A DNA stretch of 64,000 nucleotides from Staphylococcus phage LY01. Position numbers and translations under genes: made by a program. The stretch's first letter is position 1, and every line of letters begins with the position of its first letter. The notes beneath the pieces are model-generated. The model saw only the letters and a list, made by a program, of their open reading frames with translations, did no database searches and had not been told where the DNA came from. The stretch lies in the sequence record OR836606.1, one strand, 5' to 3'. This document shows, piece by piece, positions 58,361-64,000 of this stretch.

Positions 58361-61300
58361 TTATTTTTCAACATTAATGTCAATGAAGATACGTTCAATA
58401 ACATTATTGAATTTAACAGAAATTTTAATACGTACAATACGTTGAGATTTATCATATTCATCTGCGCTAACTTCAGCTTGAATAGTTTCACAGCTACGGT
58501 TAGATACATAACGAGTAAGATAAGCATTCAACTCTGTACTCATAATTGAACGAGTTTCATCATCATTTAATTCAAATTGGTAATCAGAAACAAGAGTTTC
58601 TGCATCACGTTTAATTTGGTTTAATGTAAAGATATTATTCAAGTTAGATAATGGACCATCAGATTTAATAGAAGTCATCTGTGCACCAAATTTAGTTTTA
58701 TCAATATCTTTTTCAATGTAGTTGATTTTAGAAGTATAAAGTTTTTCTTTATAAGGTTCATTAGGAGCCCAAGATAAAGCTTTATGGCCTTCAACTAAAC
58801 CACGTCTAGGACCCGCAATTGGGAAATGTAAACCAGAGTTAACAGCTTGATAAGGAATCATTGAAGCTAAACGATAAGTTGGAGTGAAACGAATGTCTCT
58901 ACCAGTGTACTCATCATAATAAGTTAAATCTTGAGAGTAAATAGCTGTATACTCAGAAGAAACAGCAAATTCTTCTTTTCTCCATCTAATTGCATCTTCA
59001 GGACTAACTGGATAACGATCAGTAACTGTGTCGGCTAAGAATACAAAGTCTTTACGAACATTTTTAGCTAATTCAGAGATAGCGAACTTAACTTCATTAG
59101 AATAACGAGCATCAAGTACAACATCAAATGGATAAGCTTTAGTGTTTGTAATTTCTTCGTCTACTAAACCTTTATAAGCTTTAATTAATTCACGATTAAC
59201 TGCATTTTTACGATCCTTATATGAAATATCTTCAGCATATGAGAAGTCGCCATCAGAACCGAATAAGAATTTAACTGGACTAGAAATATCAATAAGGTTT
59301 GTATTGAAGTATTTAGAGTTAGCCTTATTCAAGTTAGCAACTGCTAATTCAATATTTTGATGAGCGTTTAATGTAATATCTCTTTCTGTATAGTTAGAAC
59401 GAGTTTGAATCATTTCGTCAATATTTTTACGGAAGATAGAAATATCATAATAGATTGTATTAACCGCAATACGGACTGCACGAGCAACTTTGTATACAGA
59501 AGCCACTGATACAGCTCTATTAATTAAATCTACTAATTGATTAGCAATTTCATTACAAGTTACGAATACTTCTTCACGGTTAACAGCGTTATCTTCCATT
59601 AATCCTAATGTAATATCGTCAACTAACATTTGTTTGTCAGCCAATGAATTTAACATGGATTCTGGAGAAACTAAGTCACGTTCTGAATCTTCATCGTCAC
59701 CATCAGGAGTAGTGTTAATAAAATTAATTGCTTCTTCAGGGAGTCCTTCACGTACTGCTGGCATTAAGTTATCTATTACATAACGTAATTCTGTTTCAGT
59801 ATCATTTAATACTTTAGCCATTCCTTCTAAGTTAGTTACAGATTTCATACCAATACGTAATTCAGCGATATCATTTGTAATATCTAAGATATTAGATTTA
59901 TGTTGAATACCGAAGATACGGATTTGGTCTTTCTGAGCTAATACATCACGTAATTCTTTAACATCAGCTTGATATTTAGGATTTGAAGAAATACCTGAAT
60001 TAGATTTATAAACTAATTCGTAAGCAGCATTAAGTTTATTACCATTATCTAAGAATTCATTTAATAATAAAGAACCAATTTCTTCTGTTCCAGAAAGAAC
60101 TGCAGAAAGGTTTTCTTCATTTGAATCTTCAAAATAAGTGTTATAATCTTGAACTAAACGTTCAGCTGCTCCAGCAGGTTTACCACCGAAATTAATTTCA
60201 GAAGGTTTGAATTTTCCAGCTAATTCTTCTTCAACTGCTTCTGCATCATTAATATCTGCAGATACATCTTCTTGATTTAATTTTTCAGAAACTAAATTAT
60301 CTTTAATAATTTTAGGTAAGTTACCTGTATCATCATCAAATAAACCATTAGATGGCACAATAATTTTATTCAATAATGATTTAAATTCTGTAAAATTATC
60401 AGAACGTAAAGTTTTGTATTGATCTCTCATATAAGAAAGACGGTCTGAATCTGTAACGAAAGTTTTTTCACGCATACCATTATCTAATGAAATTAATGCG
60501 TTTTCAACTGGATCATTAAAATCAGGTTTATTCAATACGTGTTTACCACTAATAGTTACTGGTAGACCTTTGTTATTATAACGGTGTAAAGCAATATGAA
60601 CATCTTCCGTTTGTTTAGTTTCTTCTGAATAGAAAGTTTCAGGAGTTCCATCAATACTAATTTTAGATTTACCAGAAATAACATCAATACTTGCAGGATG
60701 TACATTAGGGTTAATTTCTTTAGCTAGATTTTGGAAGTTTTCTAGATTAAATTTGATGTTAATGTATTTAGAATAACGATTAACAACTTCTTCAATAAAC
60801 ATTGATTCACCGGTATCTGAAATCGAATCTGGATCAAATGTAACTAAGAATGGACCATCAATTACGTTAACGTTACCAAAATCATCAAATTCAAGAACTT
60901 CTAAGTTGTAAACACGTTCAGTACGACCACTAGTGTCATAAGAAGTATTTAGAGTTAAACGAATACCTAAATCATTATAAGATTCACCACGACCATTAGG
61001 ATAAGCTAAAAGTAAGAAGTTATTGTTATAACCATCTACTGTTTGCTCATTACCACGGTCTAAAGTAATTTCATTAACTAATTCTTCAATATTTCTATTA
61101 TTTTTCTTAACAAATGCAATTGTTGGACGAATTTTGACATCGTCAATTTTAACCAATTCATTTGATTCTGTTAAAACTTTTTTACCATCTTTTTGTACTC
61201 TACTTTGTACGTTTAATATAGCATGTGAATAAGTTGCATTTTGCGGTAGAATACGTAATACATAAGCTTGACCACCAGAACGTAACCAGTTCACGATGTT

Positions 61301-61513
61301 ATAAGCAGATTGACCGTATTTCGTATAGTTTGGTTCACCATATTTAAAAATAAATTCTTCTTCAGTACCTACAAAATCAATAACTCCATCTTTACCTTTT
61401 TCAAAAGTGTCTGCAGCAAATAATGTTACTGGACCTTCAGCTGTTTGATAACTATTTTGATAAGAGTTGATTTGTGTTTGTACAGAAGGATGGAGATACA
61501 TAAAGTCTGCCAT
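58361..61513 (-). CDS. tail sheath protein (1050 aa, with large insertions)
   Basis: N-terminal GQSAYNIVNWLRSGGQAYVLRI resembles the conserved sheath N-terminal block (T4 gp18 DYFMSAMNFLQYGNDLRVVRAV); size and position typical. Confidence 0.55.
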   Translation of the reverse strand: MADFMYLHPSVQTQINSYQNSYQTAEGPVTLFAADTFEKGKDGVIDFVGTEEEFIFKYGEPNYTKYGQSAYNIVNWLRSGGQAYVLRILPQNATYSHAILNVQSRVQKDGKKVLTESNELVKIDDVKIRPTIAFVKKNNRNIEELVNEITLDRGNEQTVDGYNNNFLLLAYPNGRGESYNDLGIRLTLNTSYDTSGRTERVYNLEVLEFDDFGNVNVIDGPFLVTFDPDSISDTGESMFIEEVVNRYSKYINIKFNLENFQNLAKEINPNVHPASIDVISGKSKISIDGTPETFYSEETKQTEDVHIALHRYNNKGLPVTISGKHVLNKPDFNDPVENALISLDNGMREKTFVTDSDRLSYMRDQYKTLRSDNFTEFKSLLNKIIVPSNGLFDDDTGNLPKIIKDNLVSEKLNQEDVSADINDAEAVEEELAGKFKPSEINFGGKPAGAAERLVQDYNTYFEDSNEENLSAVLSGTEEIGSLLLNEFLDNGNKLNAAYELVYKSNSGISSNPKYQADVKELRDVLAQKDQIRIFGIQHKSNILDITNDIAELRIGMKSVTNLEGMAKVLNDTETELRYVIDNLMPAVREGLPEEAINFINTTPDGDDEDSERDLVSPESMLNSLADKQMLVDDITLGLMEDNAVNREEVFVTCNEIANQLVDLINRAVSVASVYKVARAVRIAVNTIYYDISIFRKNIDEMIQTRSNYTERDITLNAHQNIELAVANLNKANSKYFNTNLIDISSPVKFLFGSDGDFSYAEDISYKDRKNAVNRELIKAYKGLVDEEITNTKAYPFDVVLDARYSNEVKFAISELAKNVRKDFVFLADTVTDRYPVSPEDAIRWRKEEFAVSSEYTAIYSQDLTYYDEYTGRDIRFTPTYRLASMIPYQAVNSGLHFPIAGPRRGLVEGHKALSWAPNEPYKEKLYTSKINYIEKDIDKTKFGAQMTSIKSDGPLSNLNNIFTLNQIKRDAETLVSDYQFELNDDETRSIMSTELNAYLTRYVSNRSCETIQAEVSADEYDKSQRIVRIKISVKFNNVIERIFIDINVEK

Positions 61514-61640
61514 ATGTTTTGTAACCTTCCTTTCGAATATTTACATCTATGTGATTAATTTCAATAGATTTTATATTATAATCAAATTTTATAATAGTAT
61601 GTTTAATTTAGAAAACTATATACAGCGATGTGTTTTATGT

Positions 61641-61859
61641 TTATTTTAAACTTTCTTCCATTATTCTTAAAACTTCATCCTTAAATTCATCAGGTATTTG
61701 GTTCCAATTAATTATCTCATGAAATAATAAGAATGACAAATAAGGAGGATATTTCTTTTTATTAAAGTTAAACTCAATAAATGTTAATACACTTCTAGAT
61801 AATTTAAGTAATACTTTTGATACTTTCCAGAATATTTCCATAATATATTTCACTTCCAT
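61641..61859 (-). CDS. hypothetical small protein (72 aa)
   Basis: ORF track. Confidence 0.3.
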   Translation of the reverse strand: MEVKYIMEIFWKVSKVLLKLSRSVLTFIEFNFNKKKYPPYLSFLLFHEIINWNQIPDEFKDEVLRIMEESLK

Positions 61860-61862
61860 TAA

Positions 61863-62609
61863 TTAGTATTTCATAACATCTTCTAAAGGAGATCGTTTCT
61901 CTTTACCACCCTTAGCAGTTCTACCTATAGATGTTACAATTGTATCATCCATGCCTTCAAATGTAAATGAAGCAAATGTGGAGTTAAGGTTAGGTAATTT
62001 CTTAAGGTTATAGTTAATATAATCTAAAGGTCCAACATTCTGATTTTTATTTAAAGCTATTCTGTAAGGTGTTTCTACATTTTCTTTATATCTACATAAT
62101 TCAGCAATAATCAATTCATAAGTTAATGAATTAGATTTAAGGTTTACTTTATTACTATCTAATACATCATAATGGAGTTTAATAATATCATTATAATCTA
62201 TGAAGGTAGGTAGTTTCCCTGCATGGAATAAGAATAAGAAATTTTTAACCGTTTCAGCAGATTGTTCAATGTTAACATTAGCTACAAATTGACAACCTGT
62301 TCTTAATCTAAAAACTTCATACTGTATTGAATCCATATTGTCTGATAATTTTCCATCAAACTTAAAATTCTCTACATAATTAAAATCAATAGGATTAGGA
62401 TATTTCATCTTTCTTAGTACACCTTGTTTACCTTCTTCAGCCTGTTTTTCAGTTTTAATTTCAAATTGGAACATTCCATAAGTATTAATATATTCACCAC
62501 GGTGTTCAGATAAACCTTTTTTAAATTGCTCCCTTGGAATATAAATGTCTAATATTTCACCAGTGAATATAATAGAATTTCCATCTCTTTTAAGTTCTTT
62601 AAGTTTCAA
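61863..62609 (-). CDS. hypothetical protein (248 aa)
   Basis: ORF track. Confidence 0.45.
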   Translation of the reverse strand: MKLKELKRDGNSIIFTGEILDIYIPREQFKKGLSEHRGEYINTYGMFQFEIKTEKQAEEGKQGVLRKMKYPNPIDFNYVENFKFDGKLSDNMDSIQYEVFRLRTGCQFVANVNIEQSAETVKNFLFLFHAGKLPTFIDYNDIIKLHYDVLDSNKVNLKSNSLTYELIIAELCRYKENVETPYRIALNKNQNVGPLDYINYNLKKLPNLNSTFASFTFEGMDDTIVTSIGRTAKGGKEKRSPLEDVMKY

Positions 62610-62723
62610 TCCATTTTATCTCCTTTCTCATTAATTGAATTAATATATCTTTGTTACAGATCAAAATTTAGCGTAAAAAATCCCCTAACAATCAATTAAG
62701 AATGTTAGGGGAATACATGTAAA

Positions 62724-63794
62724 TTAATCTATATAATAACTATGACTAAATCTATCATCCGCTTTATTTTTATATGAATCGATTATATTCTTATTAAGTT
62801 CATTAATATCAATTGAATCATAATCTTCTTCTTTAGTATTTTCAGCTTTACCTAATAAATAACCATTTCCTTCTTGAGAGAAGAAATCGTGATTTCCAGT
62901 TGATGTCTTTAATCCTGCCATTACAATAGGATTTACATCTTCGTCAGTAGTTTCGAAAATAGGATCTAATTTAAGGTTTAATAATGCTTTATTGGCATTG
63001 TATTGAGCAAACAATTTAACATCTTCAGCCCAACCAATTTCAGTATAAACTTCTTCAATGAATTCACATTCAACTTGATAAAGTTCAAATAGTAAGTTAG
63101 TTACCCACATTTTAGTTTCATTTTTTTCTTCTTCACTTAATTTTTCAAATCTCTTACTGAATTTATATCCAATATATGAACCATGAACAGACTCATCTCT
63201 TAAAATTAATTTTATAATTTCAAGAACTGATTTAAGACTATCTTTCAATCTTAAAGGAGTATAGAAACCTGAATAGAATAAGAATGATTCTAAAAATACT
63301 GAAGCTGCTTGAACTTTAAGAATGTCTCCAGATTGATAAGCTTCATTTATTAATTTAATTTTCTTTTGTACATATTTATTATTTTCTGCCCATTCAAAGT
63401 TTTCATCTACTTCTTTTGAAGTACATAATGTAGTAAAAATAGTACTATAACTACGAGCATGAATTGATTCCATAAAACCAATATTTCTTAATACGTCTTC
63501 TTCTAATGTAGTTAATGCGCTATGCATTAAAGCATCAGAACCTTCACGAGACTGAAGTGTATCTAAAATAGTTAATTCAGCAAATACTTTATTAACTACC
63601 CCTTTAGTAACATCATCAGTGTTAGACCAAGCTTTAATATCATTTGAGACTGGAATACGTGTTGATGTCCAAAATTGAGACACTAAAGTATCATATGTCA
63701 TAATATCTACATAATCATCTACTCTATTCCAGTTTACAGGTGTATAATAACCTTTATCTTTTGTATAACTTGTTAAGAAATCTCCTCTATCCAT
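62724..63794 (-). CDS. nrdF: ribonucleotide reductase class I small (beta) subunit
   Basis: Di-iron ligand motifs FMESIHARSY and LRDESVHGSYIGYKF; conserved C-terminal GNHDFFSQEGNGY tail. Confidence 0.85.
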   Translation of the reverse strand: MDRGDFLTSYTKDKGYYTPVNWNRVDDYVDIMTYDTLVSQFWTSTRIPVSNDIKAWSNTDDVTKGVVNKVFAELTILDTLQSREGSDALMHSALTTLEEDVLRNIGFMESIHARSYSTIFTTLCTSKEVDENFEWAENNKYVQKKIKLINEAYQSGDILKVQAASVFLESFLFYSGFYTPLRLKDSLKSVLEIIKLILRDESVHGSYIGYKFSKRFEKLSEEEKNETKMWVTNLLFELYQVECEFIEEVYTEIGWAEDVKLFAQYNANKALLNLKLDPIFETTDEDVNPIVMAGLKTSTGNHDFFSQEGNGYLLGKAENTKEEDYDSIDINELNKNIIDSYKNKADDRFSHSYYID

Positions 63795-63872
63795 ATTATC
63801 TTAAACTCCTTCTTTTAATTTTAAATATTATGAATTAGGATAGAATAAACATCTATCCTAATATTTCATTAA

Positions 63873-64000
63873 TTATATACTACAGCTTTCACATTCAACA
63901 ATACCTTGAGAACTTTCATCATGATCAGGTGAATAAATACGAGTATAATACATAGATTTAATACCTTTACTATAAGCATAGTTACGTAATCTACTAATAT
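63873..64000 (-). CDS. nrdE: ribonucleotide reductase class I large (alpha) subunit, C-terminal end only (gene continues off the right edge)
   Basis: Minus-strand frame ...LRNYAYSKGIKSMYYTRIYSPDHDESSQGIVECESCSI* has the characteristic C-terminal YYxR and CxxC redox tail; stop at 63873-63875. Confidence 0.6.
   Translation of the reverse strand, partial: ISRLRNYAYSKGIKSMYYTRIYSPDHDESSQGIVECESCSI

Noticed and set aside
1-64000. tRNA, rRNA or CRISPR features
   Set aside because: No cloverleaf-like GC-rich ~75-nt segments and no rRNA-like conserved blocks were seen. The only GC-richer non-coding stretches are the two larger intron cores and the tnpB 3' region.

Overview
Very AT-rich (roughly 25-30% GC) 64 kb segment of a large lytic tailed phage of a low-GC Gram-positive host. 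Genes sit mostly on the minus strand, in tight polycistronic arrays with Firmicute-type AAGGAG RBSs and frequent TTG starts. Recognisable genes: a family B DNA polymerase split into two separately encoded halves; an RNAP beta-prime-like N-terminal fragment, i.e. the phage carries its own multisubunit RNAP; a Dda-like SF1 helicase; an SbcC/Rad50-like ATPase; a HAD 5'-nucleotidase-like protein; class I RNR beta plus the C-terminus of the alpha subunit; a tail sheath and putative tail tube; two paralogous ~1900-1980 aa virion proteins carrying M23, lysozyme-like and NlpC/P60 peptidoglycan hydrolase modules; and a MoxR-like AAA+ ATPase paired with a VWA/metallopeptidase-like protein. The main unusual signal is intron density. 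I count ten group I introns in three replication/transcription genes. Eight are miniature (142-181 nt) copies of one family keeping only P1/P3/P4/P6/P7/P8, with textbook P, Q, R and S elements and compensatory base changes. One is a 366 nt ORF-less relative. One is IStron-like, a group I core followed by an IS605-family tnpB and its 3' RNA. Three introns dissect the catalytic ADFDGD motif of the RNAP subunit into micro-exons of about 14 nt and 9 nt. A second signal is a tandem array of 8 (+1) divergent paralogous genes, plus a cluster of small coiled-coil genes, that all end in a conserved ...EI.DEK.IK.YLVK.NFK carboxy-terminal peptide with conserved gene junctions. No rRNA, tRNA or CRISPR array was seen. 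Splice junctions are inferred from RNA-structure logic and protein homology, not measured.
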